The notes beneath the pieces were generated by a model. That model saw only the letters and a program-made list of their open reading frames with translations. It was not told where the DNA came from and did not search any database. This document shows positions 47,268 to 56,009 of a stretch of 64,000 nt of DNA, piece by piece. The DNA comes from Candidatus Deferrimicrobiaceae bacterium (GTDB lineage: Bacteria; Desulfobacterota; Deferrimicrobia; Deferrimicrobiales; Deferrimicrobiaceae): NCBI GenBank assembly GCA_963792415.1, contig CAWBVY010000004.1, positions 64,001 to 128,000 of the forward strand, given 5' to 3'. Position 1 is the stretch's first letter. The number at the start of each line of letters is the position of its first letter. Both the position numbers and the translations under genes were made by a program.

Positions 47268-48631
47268 CGATGGAGAAGAAGGTCAACATCATGGTGGTGG
47301 ACGACGAGGAAATCGTCCGGGCTTCGCTGACCGGCTGGCTCGAGGAGGACGGGTATCACGTGGAGGCCGTGGAGAGCGGCAGGAAGGCGCTGGAACGCCT
47401 CCCCGAGAGGAGCTGGGACCTGATGCTCGTGGACCTGAAGATGCCCGGGATGGACGGAATCCAGCTGATGGACGAGGTCCACAAGACGGCGCCCGAGATG
47501 CTGGTCATCATCATGACGGCCTACGCGACGGTCGACACCGCCGTGAAGGCGATGAAGAAGGGGGCCTACGACTATTTCGTCAAACCGTTCAACCCCGACG
47601 ACATCTCCCTGACGATCCGGAAGATCGTGGACCATCACAAGCTCGTCCAGGAGAACCTGTTTCTGCGGAAGGAGCTCAAGAAGCAGTACAAGCTGAGGGA
47701 CATGATCAGCAAGAACGAGAAGATGCTGGAGATCTTCGACCTGGCGCGGACCGTGGCGAAGAGCAGCTCGACGGTCCTCATCCAGGGCGAGAGCGGGACG
47801 GGGAAGGAGCTTCTCGCGCGGGCGATCCACGACGAAAGTCCCAGGATGGACGCCCCGTTCATCTCGGTGTCCTGCGCTTCCCTCACGGAATCCCTGCTCG
47901 AGAGCGAGCTCTTCGGGCACGAAAAGGGGGCCTTCACCGGCGCCACCGTCCTGAACCGGGGGAAACTGGAGCTCGCCCAGGACGGGACCCTCTTCCTGGA
48001 CGAGATCGGGGACATCAGCCTGAAGCTGCAGATGGACCTCCTCCGCGTCCTCGAGCAGCGGGAGTTCCGGCGGGTCGGGGGGTCGGAACTGATCCCCATC
48101 AACTCGCGGATCATCGCCGCCACGAACCGGGACCTTTCGGCCGCGATCGCGGAGGAACGGTTCCGCGCCGATCTCTACTATCGCCTGAACGTCATCTCCA
48201 TCCACATCCCGCCGCTGCGGGAGAGGAGGGAGGATATCCCGCTCCTGATCGACCACTTCATCGAGAAATTCAACATCGAGATGGGGAAGGAGATCCGCGG
48301 GATCAGCGAAGGGGCCGTGAGAATCCTGATGGGCAACGATTGGCCGGGGAACGCGCGGGAACTTCGGAACGTCATCGAGAGGGCGGTGGTCGTCGCCAAG
48401 GGGAACATCGTCACCGAGTCCGACATCACCCTTCCGTCCACCGCTTCCGGCGCGAATCACCGGACGAAATCGCTCGAGGAGATCGAGAAGGCGCATATCC
48501 AGGTGGTCCTGAACGAGCACCAGTGGAACATCGTGCGATCCGCCCAGGCGCTCGGGATCGACCGGGTCACCCTCTACAACAAGATCAAGAAATTCGGCTT
48601 GAAGAAGGAAGGGGCGGCACCGAAGGGGTGA
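47264..48631 (+). CDS. Sigma54-dependent response regulator (NtrC/AtoC family)
   Basis: Receiver DLKMP, GESGTGKE, GAFTGA, FLDEIG, WPGN and Fis-type HTH. Confidence 0.93.
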   Translation: MTMEKKVNIMVVDDEEIVRASLTGWLEEDGYHVEAVESGRKALERLPERSWDLMLVDLKMPGMDGIQLMDEVHKTAPEMLVIIMTAYATVDTAVKAMKKGAYDYFVKPFNPDDISLTIRKIVDHHKLVQENLFLRKELKKQYKLRDMISKNEKMLEIFDLARTVAKSSSTVLIQGESGTGKELLARAIHDESPRMDAPFISVSCASLTESLLESELFGHEKGAFTGATVLNRGKLELAQDGTLFLDEIGDISLKLQMDLLRVLEQREFRRVGGSELIPINSRIIAATNRDLSAAIAEERFRADLYYRLNVISIHIPPLRERREDIPLLIDHFIEKFNIEMGKEIRGISEGAVRILMGNDWPGNARELRNVIERAVVVAKGNIVTESDITLPSTASGANHRTKSLEEIEKAHIQVVLNEHQWNIVRSAQALGIDRVTLYNKIKKFGLKKEGAAPKG

Positions 48632-48675
48632 GGAAAAACCCGATAGGCTGTTGAAATCCGCAACACGATAATCCG
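48604..48675 (+). repeat. Direct repeat copy A (regulator 3' end plus downstream DNA)
   Basis: 62/72 identical to 53235-53306 (hand count). Confidence 0.85.
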
Positions 48676-48695
48676 CAGCTGAAGGCCAAGGGACG

Positions 48696-50039
48696 TCATG
48701 CTCCGAGCAAGCGGTCGGGAAGCCACATCACGATGTCCGGGAACATCGCGAGCAGCATGATATAGATCGCCATGATGGCGATGAACGGCAATACCCCCCA
48801 CATGATTTCCCGGAACTTGATGTCCGGCGCGATTCCGTTGATGACGAACAGGTTCAGGCCGACGGGAGGGGTGATCAGCCCCATTTCCATATTGATCGTC
48901 ATCACGATGCCGAACCAGATCGGGTCGAACCCGTGAGCGAGAATTCCCGGCATGACCACCGGCGTCACCATCAGGATGATCGCCACCGGCGGCAGGAAAC
49001 ATCCCAGCACCAGCAGCAAAACGTTCACCCAGAAGAGGTAGGCCCACTTCGACATATGCAATCCGACAAGCCACTCCGTCGCGCTTTGGGAGATGTGAAG
49101 GTAGCTCATCACATAGGTGAAGAGGAAGGCCATGGCGATGATCATCATGATCATGCACGATTCCCGGGCGGTGCCCGCAAGAATCCCCTTGATGTCCTTC
49201 CACCGGTAGGTCCGGTACACGATCGCGACGAGCGCCATCGCCCCGAATGCGCCGACCGCCGCCACTTCCGACGGGGTCGCAAAGCCGCCGTACAGGGCCA
49301 CCATCACGACCAGGACCAGGATCAAAAACGGGAGCAGCCGCGGGAGGGTTTGCAGCCGCTCCCGCCACGTGAAGTTCTCTTCCCTGAGCATCTCTTTCGC
49401 CAGCTCGCCGCCCTGCCCCGCCTGCGCGCGCCGTTTTTCCCGCAGGAACGCGAGCACGACCCAGGCAGCGAACCAGGACGCGAGAAGGAATCCGGGGATG
49501 ACCCCCGCAAGAAACAGCTTCCCGATCGACTGCTCGACGATGATGCCGTAAATGATCAGGGTGATGCTGGGCGGAATGAGGATCCCGAGTGTCCCCCCGG
49601 CCGCGATCAGGCCGGATGCCAGTGCCGGCGAATACCCGCGCCTGCGCATCTCGGGAATGCCCATGCCGCCGATCGCCGCACAGGTGGCCGGACTGGAGCC
49701 GCACATGGCGGCGAAGATGGAACAGCCCGCCACGTTGGCGACGCCCAGGCCGCCCGGCAGCCGGTAAAACCAGCGGTGCATCGACTCGTACAGGTCGACG
49801 GCCGCGCGCGTCTTCCCGACCGCGGAACCCATGAAGATGAACAGGGGAATCGCCAGGAGCGTGAAGTTGTTCAGTTCGCCGTAAATCGTTTCGGCAATGA
49901 TCTGGATGTTGCTGGCGGGAAGGAAGAGAAACATGAACGTGACGGCGACTCCCCCGAGGGCAAACGCGATCGGAATGCCGCTGAGAAGCAGCAGCAGCGC
50001 GGAACCGATATAGAGAACTCCTATGGAAAAAACGTCCAT
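48696..50039 (-). CDS. TRAP transporter large permease (DctM/MatM-like)
   Basis: LLAIPLF, GTLGILIPPS, ATPSE and ITPPVGLNLF motifs. Confidence 0.9.
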   Translation of the reverse strand: MDVFSIGVLYIGSALLLLLSGIPIAFALGGVAVTFMFLFLPASNIQIIAETIYGELNNFTLLAIPLFIFMGSAVGKTRAAVDLYESMHRWFYRLPGGLGVANVAGCSIFAAMCGSSPATCAAIGGMGIPEMRRRGYSPALASGLIAAGGTLGILIPPSITLIIYGIIVEQSIGKLFLAGVIPGFLLASWFAAWVVLAFLREKRRAQAGQGGELAKEMLREENFTWRERLQTLPRLLPFLILVLVVMVALYGGFATPSEVAAVGAFGAMALVAIVYRTYRWKDIKGILAGTARESCMIMMIIAMAFLFTYVMSYLHISQSATEWLVGLHMSKWAYLFWVNVLLLVLGCFLPPVAIILMVTPVVMPGILAHGFDPIWFGIVMTINMEMGLITPPVGLNLFVINGIAPDIKFREIMWGVLPFIAIMAIYIMLLAMFPDIVMWLPDRLLGA

Positions 50040-50040
50040 G

Positions 50041-50550
50041 CTACGCCTTTCGAACGGGAGGAGCGAGCAGGTCGTCAATGATCTGAACGACAAGCTGAAG
50101 GGTCAGCGTGGTCATCCCCAGCGACATGAAGAAGTAGGGGATCCAGAGCCTGGGCGCCCAAATGGAGTCGGTCACCCACCCTCCCTCCCAGGCCTCGAAG
50201 AAATAGCGCCACATGTAGAAGGAAATAAACGCGCAGAACCCGGCCGACAGGATGTCGGCGAGCAGGTGCCGCCACCAGTTCCACCGGGGCGACAGAAGGC
50301 TTTCCAGCACCTCGATCCCGACATGGGCGCGCCATTCCTGCGTAAACGCGGCGGCCATGAAGGTCGAGGCGATCAGCAAAAAGATGTTCAGCTCGAGGTG
50401 CCAGTCATGGGGCGCCCGGAAGAAATAGCGCGCCACGACCTCGAACGAGATCGCGACCGTGGATAAAACGATCAGAAGCGCACTCCCATAGCCCATGACG
50501 AGGTTGACCCGCCGCATCACGAGCTGGAATGGCCCCCAGGCTCGCCGCAT
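50041..50550 (-). CDS. TRAP transporter small permease (DctQ/MatQ-like)
   Basis: Four TM segments, EVVARYFF and AHVGIE. Confidence 0.85.
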   Translation of the reverse strand: MRRAWGPFQLVMRRVNLVMGYGSALLIVLSTVAISFEVVARYFFRAPHDWHLELNIFLLIASTFMAAAFTQEWRAHVGIEVLESLLSPRWNWWRHLLADILSAGFCAFISFYMWRYFFEAWEGGWVTDSIWAPRLWIPYFFMSLGMTTLTLQLVVQIIDDLLAPPVRKA

Positions 50551-50566
50551 GTCGGTACCGCCGGAG

Positions 50567-51595
50567 CTACTTCACCGATACTGCCATGTCGATCAGGCGC
50601 TTCCCGTCCTTGACCTTATCGGCGAAATCCTTCCATGCGCTTTCCGCGGCAATCTTGCGCCACTTCGCGAACATCGCCTCGTCCATGTCGTGAACGGCAA
50701 CACCGGCCTTGGTGTACACGTCGGCCACCCGCTGGTCATCCTCCTTGGCGGATTTCACCGCGAACGCATCCAGGGAAGCGCCCACCTCCGTGACGATCTT
50801 CTGCTGTTCCGGGGTGAGACTGTCGTAGGTGGACTTCGCCATCAGGAGCGGCTCGAACATGTACCAGAAGGTCTTGTTCCGGGCCGTGGTCACGTGCTTT
50901 CCCACCTCGTAGAGCCGGTAGCTCACAAGAGAACCGCTGGAAGTCCAGAGTCCGTCGGCCACCCCGGAATGCAGGGCGCTGTAGGCTTCGTCCGACGGGA
51001 AGCTGACGATCGCGCCACCGGCCGCCTTGAGCATGATCTCGATCGACTTCCCGGCGCCTCGCAACTTCAGGCCTTTTATATCTTCCGGATTGAGAATCGG
51101 TTTGTCCCGGGAGACGTTGCCCCCCGCCTGCCATACCCACGTGATGATCTTGACGCCGTTCTCCTCCACGGCCTTCGTTAGCTCCTGCCCGATGGGAGCC
51201 GTCTTCCACCGCAACCCCTGCTCGTAGCTCGTGATGAGCGCCGGCATGAGCGTGATATTGGCGATCGGCAGTTTCCCGCCCTGGTACGCCAGCGGGAAAA
51301 CGGACATGTCGAGCGCACCCTTCGACATGGCATCGAATTGCAGTCTCGATTTCACCAGCGATCCGGCAGGGTAGATCTCGAACTTCAACGCGCCATTCGT
51401 GCGTTTCTCCACTTCCTGCGCGAACTTCCGCGCCAGGCGATCCCGGAAGTCCCCCTCATCCGCGGTGCCGCCGGGGAACTGATGGGAGATCTTGATGACG
51501 CGTGCATCCTGCGCGTGGGCCGGAGGCGAAGACGGGAAGAGGAACATCCCGGCCAGGATCAAAGGTAGTGCAAACCTCGTTATGCAAGTTTTCAT
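50567..51595 (-). CDS. TRAP substrate-binding protein (DctP/MatP-like)
   Basis: Signal peptide, PEDIKGLKLR and AYSALHSGVADG. Confidence 0.88.
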   Translation of the reverse strand: MKTCITRFALPLILAGMFLFPSSPPAHAQDARVIKISHQFPGGTADEGDFRDRLARKFAQEVEKRTNGALKFEIYPAGSLVKSRLQFDAMSKGALDMSVFPLAYQGGKLPIANITLMPALITSYEQGLRWKTAPIGQELTKAVEENGVKIITWVWQAGGNVSRDKPILNPEDIKGLKLRGAGKSIEIMLKAAGGAIVSFPSDEAYSALHSGVADGLWTSSGSLVSYRLYEVGKHVTTARNKTFWYMFEPLLMAKSTYDSLTPEQQKIVTEVGASLDAFAVKSAKEDDQRVADVYTKAGVAVHDMDEAMFAKWRKIAAESAWKDFADKVKDGKRLIDMAVSVK

Positions 51596-51869
51596 TTCAT
51601 CCCCTCCTTTTGTGGTGCTGGCCTGGCCAGCAGAACCTCAATTCATGCGGGTCAATCCATATTATTGTTCCCCCGCTGAAATGGGAGTAGCGCGAGGATT
51701 TCCGTTACCCCGTTCCGCCGCAGCAAAACGCCGTCTCTGAAAAGGTAATTCGGATTATCCCACAGAAGACGGCTTCTTTCCATCTTCCCGGTGAGAAATC
51801 CGTGCCATGCCGGCACGCGGCATCAAGGACCAGACCCCAACAGAAGGGTTTTCCCCCTATAATGGTGAC

Positions 51870-53216
51870 ATGGGATCGTTGGGCCTGCTTCATACGTTCT
51901 CGAAAACCGTCGGCAGCCTCCGGGACCGCTTCCTTCCGCCCAAGCCAGGGAGGCAGGACATTCTGCGGCTTGCGGAGGCGCTCCTCTCCGGACAGGGGGA
52001 GGCATCCGACGTGGCAGTGGCCAGGAACTTTCTGGCGGCATATGACGCCCTGACGGAAGAAAAAAAACTTTTCTTCCTTACGCTTCTCGATCAGCAATTC
52101 GGCCCGGATCAGGTGCGCCTGGAACGGGCCCTCACGAAGTTCCAGGGGCAGCCGACAGCCCAGGCCGCGCAGGAAATGCGCGAAGCGGCCGAGTCGCGGC
52201 GCGAGGTGCTCTTTCGGCGGATCAACCTTTCTCCCGGCGGAACGAGGGGGCTCCTGCAGATGCGTGAGGATGTCTTGCGCAACCTGCCCGCCGTCCCGGA
52301 GCTGGCCTCCGTTGACGCGGATTTCAAACACCTCTTCTCGTCATGGTTCAACCGCGGATTCCTGGTCCTGCGGCGGATCGACTGGACCACGCCGGCCAAC
52401 ATCCTGGAAAAGATCATCCGATACGAGGCGGTTCATGAGATTGCCAGCTGGGACGATCTTCGCAGGCGGCTGGAACCGACGGACCGGCGCTGTTTCGCCT
52501 TCTTCCATCCAACGATGCAGGACGAACCGCTGATCTTTCTCCAGGTTGCCTTGACATCGGAGGTTCCCGTGGCGATCGTCCCCTTGCTGGCCGACGAAAG
52601 AAATCCGATCCCCCCCGGCAAGGCGACATTCGCCGTTTTCTATTCCATCTCCAACTGCCAGGTGGGGCTGAAGGGGATCCCCCTGGGCGACTTTCTCATC
52701 AAGCAGGTGGTGGAGGACCTGAAACGGGAGTTCCCGTCCCTGAAGACCTTCATCACCCTGTCGCCGGTCCCCGGATTCCTGCGCTGGCTGGCGCAGGAAC
52801 GGGGCAAGGAGGCCTCGCAGTATGTCACGGGCGAGGACAAGGACGTGCTCGCCCTGCTCGACACGCCGGACTGGCACATGGAAGCGAACGCGGCCAACCT
52901 GCTGAAACCCAGGCTTCTATCCGCCGTCGCCGCCTACCTGCTGGCGGTCAAGACGGAATCAGGAAAGCCGATCGACCCGGTTGCGCGCTTTCATCTGGGC
53001 AACGGCGCACGCCTGGAGAGAATTCATTGGCTCAGCGATCTGACCCCCAAAGGGTTAACACAAGCCGCCGGGTTCATGGTCAATTACCTCTACGAGCCTG
53101 ACCGGATCGAACGGAACCAGGACTCCTTCGCCCTGCATGGCGAAATCGTCTCTTCCCACGCCGTGCGGAAATACCTGCGCTCCGATATCCAGAAACGTAT
53201 CCCCTCCCCTTCCTGA
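51870..53216 (+). CDS. Malonyl-CoA decarboxylase (MatA-like)
   Basis: SSWFNRGFL, YEAVHEI, FYSISNCQ, TLSPVPGF and DPVARFHLGNGA motifs. Confidence 0.92.
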   Translation: MGSLGLLHTFSKTVGSLRDRFLPPKPGRQDILRLAEALLSGQGEASDVAVARNFLAAYDALTEEKKLFFLTLLDQQFGPDQVRLERALTKFQGQPTAQAAQEMREAAESRREVLFRRINLSPGGTRGLLQMREDVLRNLPAVPELASVDADFKHLFSSWFNRGFLVLRRIDWTTPANILEKIIRYEAVHEIASWDDLRRRLEPTDRRCFAFFHPTMQDEPLIFLQVALTSEVPVAIVPLLADERNPIPPGKATFAVFYSISNCQVGLKGIPLGDFLIKQVVEDLKREFPSLKTFITLSPVPGFLRWLAQERGKEASQYVTGEDKDVLALLDTPDWHMEANAANLLKPRLLSAVAAYLLAVKTESGKPIDPVARFHLGNGARLERIHWLSDLTPKGLTQAAGFMVNYLYEPDRIERNQDSFALHGEIVSSHAVRKYLRSDIQKRIPSPS

Positions 53217-53234
53217 AACGGCACCCGATGGCCT

Positions 53235-53306
53235 GAAGGAAGGGGCGGCGCCGAAGGGGTGATGATTAACTCAACAGGCTGCTGAATTCCGCAACACAAT
53301 AATCCG
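53235..53306 (+). repeat. Direct repeat copy B
   Basis: Encodes a KEGAAPKG-stop remnant identical to the regulator C-terminus. Confidence 0.85.
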
Positions 53307-53360
53307 TAACAAATTCAACATGTAATCTTTCCCCGCCGGGAAGTGTAAAGAATATCAACA
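53280..53360. promoter_or_regulatory. Putative enhancer (UAS) sites for the sigma54 activator
   Basis: TGCTG-N7-CAACA at 53280 and TGTAA-N7-CAACA at 53344; the duplicated copy at 48649 is the perfect palindrome TGTTG-N7-CAACA. Confidence 0.55.
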
Positions 53361-53460
53361 ATTTCCGGTTTTCCGTCCCTTCCGCCTCCCCGCACACCTC
53401 AGGCCAATTACTCTTTTATTAACAGATGGATATACGGCGCATGCCGATCTGGACCGGAGC

Positions 53461-53475
53461 TGGCACAACCATTGC
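53461..53475 (+). promoter_or_regulatory. Sigma54 -24/-12 promoter
   Basis: TGGCAC-AACCA-TTGC matches the consensus; AT-rich tract upstream. Confidence 0.85.
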
Positions 53476-53523
53476 GGTAGTGAGGTGCGCGGGAGGTCGT
53501 CCCCGCGGAAGGAGGTGGGAACG

Positions 53524-53604
53524 ATGGGGTACCTGGTGATCGGAATCGCGTACATCGTTCTGGCGGTCGTCGCGGTGGTGAAACCGCGGGCGGACCACGC
53601 ATGA
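53524..53604 (+). CDS. Small 26-aa single-TM peptide MGYLVIGIAYIVLAVVAVVKPRADHA
   Basis: AAGGAGGT RBS, ATG, hydrophobic helix; first ORF after the sigma54 promoter; below the ORF-track size cutoff. Confidence 0.55.
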   Translation: MGYLVIGIAYIVLAVVAVVKPRADHA

Positions 53605-53662
53605 AACGTTCCCGGGAGTCGAGCGGGTGAACCGGACCACCGAAAGGAAAAGGGGTGCGCAG

Positions 53663-54373
53663 ATGAAAGAGACGAGATGCCCTTTTCTGGAGACGAAAAC
53701 CGTGACGTTCTGCAAGGCGTTCCCGTCGAAGATGATCCCGGTGGACCGGCTGTACACCTCGGAGAGCCTCTGCACCACCTGCCACTTCGAGGAATGCTCC
53801 CTGTACAACGAGGTGGCCGGCGCCGGCAAGGGGATGGAGAATGTCCGGGGATTTCACCTAAAGTCGGGGTACTACTACCACCCCAAGCACCTGTGGGTCG
53901 CCCCGCACGACGGGGAAGAGGGCGAGGCCCGGGTGGGGATCGACGACTTTTCCGCCCGGCTGGTCGGCAGGGTCGACCGTGCGTCGGTGCCCGCGGTCGG
54001 CGTGGCGGTGAAGGAGAACCACGTCTGCTTCCTCCTCCACTCCGGTCCTCGGACCGCCCACCTGGTTTCGCCCGCCAACGGGGTCGTCAAGGCGGTGAAC
54101 CCGAAGGTGGCCGCGGATCCCTCCCTGCTCAACGACGATCCGTACGGCGAAGGGTGGATCTTCTCCCTGCAGCTCAAAGGGGACGCGGTGAAGGGGCTGT
54201 ACCACGAGACGGTCGCCCGGAAGTGGTACGAGAGCGAGGTCGAACGGCTGCAGCGGGTCTTCTCTTCCGACCTGGGGATGACGGCGACGGACGGCGGGGA
54301 GGCGCTCACGGACATCAGCGGCCGGTTGAACGACGCGCAATGGGGAAAGATCGTCAGCCAATTTCTGGGGTAA
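53663..54373 (+). CDS. GcvH-like protein 1 with Cys-rich N-terminal domain and no lipoyl Lys
   Basis: HLWV, VGIDDF, SPANG and NDDPYGEGW; hairpin HSGPRT instead of ESVK. Confidence 0.8.
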   Translation: MKETRCPFLETKTVTFCKAFPSKMIPVDRLYTSESLCTTCHFEECSLYNEVAGAGKGMENVRGFHLKSGYYYHPKHLWVAPHDGEEGEARVGIDDFSARLVGRVDRASVPAVGVAVKENHVCFLLHSGPRTAHLVSPANGVVKAVNPKVAADPSLLNDDPYGEGWIFSLQLKGDAVKGLYHETVARKWYESEVERLQRVFSSDLGMTATDGGEALTDISGRLNDAQWGKIVSQFLG

Positions 54374-54389
54374 GAGCAGGAGGTGGGCC

Positions 54390-55064
54390 ATGGTAGTCCT
54401 TCTCGTCGTACTCACGGTTCTCGGATGTATCGCGGTGGACCTGGCCCTCAAGCGGAGGGAGAAGGCGGCGGCGGAAGCCCTTGCCGTCCGTGAGCCGGCC
54501 GCGCTGCTCCCTTCCCTGACGGCGCAGGAACTGCCCGGCGGCCTGTTCGTCCACAGCGGCCACACCTGGGCGAGGCTCGATGCCTCGGGCGCGGTGCAGG
54601 TGGGGCTGGACGGCTTCGCGCAGGGGATCCTGGGGAAGGTCGACCGGTTCGAGCTTCCCCCGGACGGGGCGACGCTGCGCCAGGGGGAGCCGGCGTTCGC
54701 CGCCCTCCAGTCGGGGAAACGGATCGAGTTCGTCTCCCCCGTCGACGGCGTCGTCTGCGCGGTGAACGAGGGGATCAACGCCGACCCGGCGGAGGCGCGG
54801 AAGGAGCCGTACGGGAAGGGGTGGGCGTTCCTGCTCCGGCCGTCCAACCTCTCCCGGGACCTGAAGAAGCTCCGGATCGGCGCGGAGGCCGCGGCGTGGC
54901 TGGAAAGGGAGGCGAAGAGCTTCACCGAGTTCCTCTCCCTGCACCGGGCGGTGCCCGTGGAAGTGGGGGCCACCCTGCAGGATGGAGGGATTCACGTCGA
55001 GGGAATCATGGAGAGCATGGACGGAGAGATTCTCCAGATCGCGATCCGGAAGTATTTCCGCTGA
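54390..55064 (+). CDS. GcvH-like protein 2 with N-terminal membrane anchor
   Basis: N-terminal TM, HTWA, VGLDGF, SPVDG and EPYGKGW. Confidence 0.8.
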   Translation: MVVLLVVLTVLGCIAVDLALKRREKAAAEALAVREPAALLPSLTAQELPGGLFVHSGHTWARLDASGAVQVGLDGFAQGILGKVDRFELPPDGATLRQGEPAFAALQSGKRIEFVSPVDGVVCAVNEGINADPAEARKEPYGKGWAFLLRPSNLSRDLKKLRIGAEAAAWLEREAKSFTEFLSLHRAVPVEVGATLQDGGIHVEGIMESMDGEILQIAIRKYFR

Positions 55065-55091
55065 CGCCTCACACCACGGGAGGAAAGAGAG

Positions 55092-56009
55092 ATGACCATC
55101 AGCAGACGGAACTTCCTGAAGGCCGCGGGTGCGGCCGGCGGCGCCCTTCTCGGGGGGGGCGCCGCGTCGGCCCGCGCCGCGCAGGTCCCGCAGACCTCGG
55201 CGGGAGGCGTCGAGTTCGACGGGATGCTCATCGACACGACGAAGTGCATCGGCTGCCGCGCCTGCGAGGAGGCGTGCAACGAGGCGAACCATCTCCCCAA
55301 GCCGAGGGTCTCCTTCTCCACCGAGAGCGTGTTCGAGGAGACGCGGGACACGACCACCGGCGCCTTCACGGTCGTGAACCGGTTCCCAAACGAGAAGAAG
55401 CCGCAGGAGCCGATCTTCGTCCGGAAGGAGTGCATGCACTGCAACCAGCCGGCGTGCGCCTCCGCGTGCCTGTGCCGGGCGATGGAGAAGACCAGGGAAG
55501 CCGCGGTCATCTACCACAAGGACCGGTGCATGGGGTGCCGCTACTGCATGATCGCCTGCCCCTTCGACATCCCGAAGTTCGAGTACGACAGCCCCACGCC
55601 TTTCGTGTGGAAGTGCATCTTCTGCAACGAGCGGCAGATGCGGGGGGAGCCGCCCGCCTGCTCCGAGGTGTGCCCCACCGGCGCGACCCTCTTCGGGAAG
55701 AAGCGCGACCTGCTGGAGATCGCCCGGAGCCGGATCTACACGGAGCCGGACAAGTACGTCCACAGGATCTACGGGGAGCACGAGGTCGGCGGGACCGGAT
55801 GGCTCTTCCTGACGGGCGCTCCGCCGGAGAAGCTGGGCCTGCGGACCAACCTGGGGACGACCCCCTACCCCGAGCTCACCTCCGGGTTCCTGTACGGAGT
55901 GCCCCTGGTGTTCGTGCTCTGGCCGTCGCTCCTCATCGGGCTGAACTACCTCATCAAGGATACCAAGGTCGACGAAACGAAGGAGGCCTCCCATGGCGAA
56001 CAGGACTGA
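55092..56009 (+). CDS. TAT-exported 4Fe-4S protein (HybA/HmcB/FdnH-like)
   Basis: SRRNFLK; CIGCRACEEAC, CMHCNQPACASAC, CMGCRYCMIACP and CIFC...CSEVCP; C-terminal TM. Confidence 0.9.
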   Translation: MTISRRNFLKAAGAAGGALLGGGAASARAAQVPQTSAGGVEFDGMLIDTTKCIGCRACEEACNEANHLPKPRVSFSTESVFEETRDTTTGAFTVVNRFPNEKKPQEPIFVRKECMHCNQPACASACLCRAMEKTREAAVIYHKDRCMGCRYCMIACPFDIPKFEYDSPTPFVWKCIFCNERQMRGEPPACSEVCPTGATLFGKKRDLLEIARSRIYTEPDKYVHRIYGEHEVGGTGWLFLTGAPPEKLGLRTNLGTTPYPELTSGFLYGVPLVFVLWPSLLIGLNYLIKDTKVDETKEASHGEQD

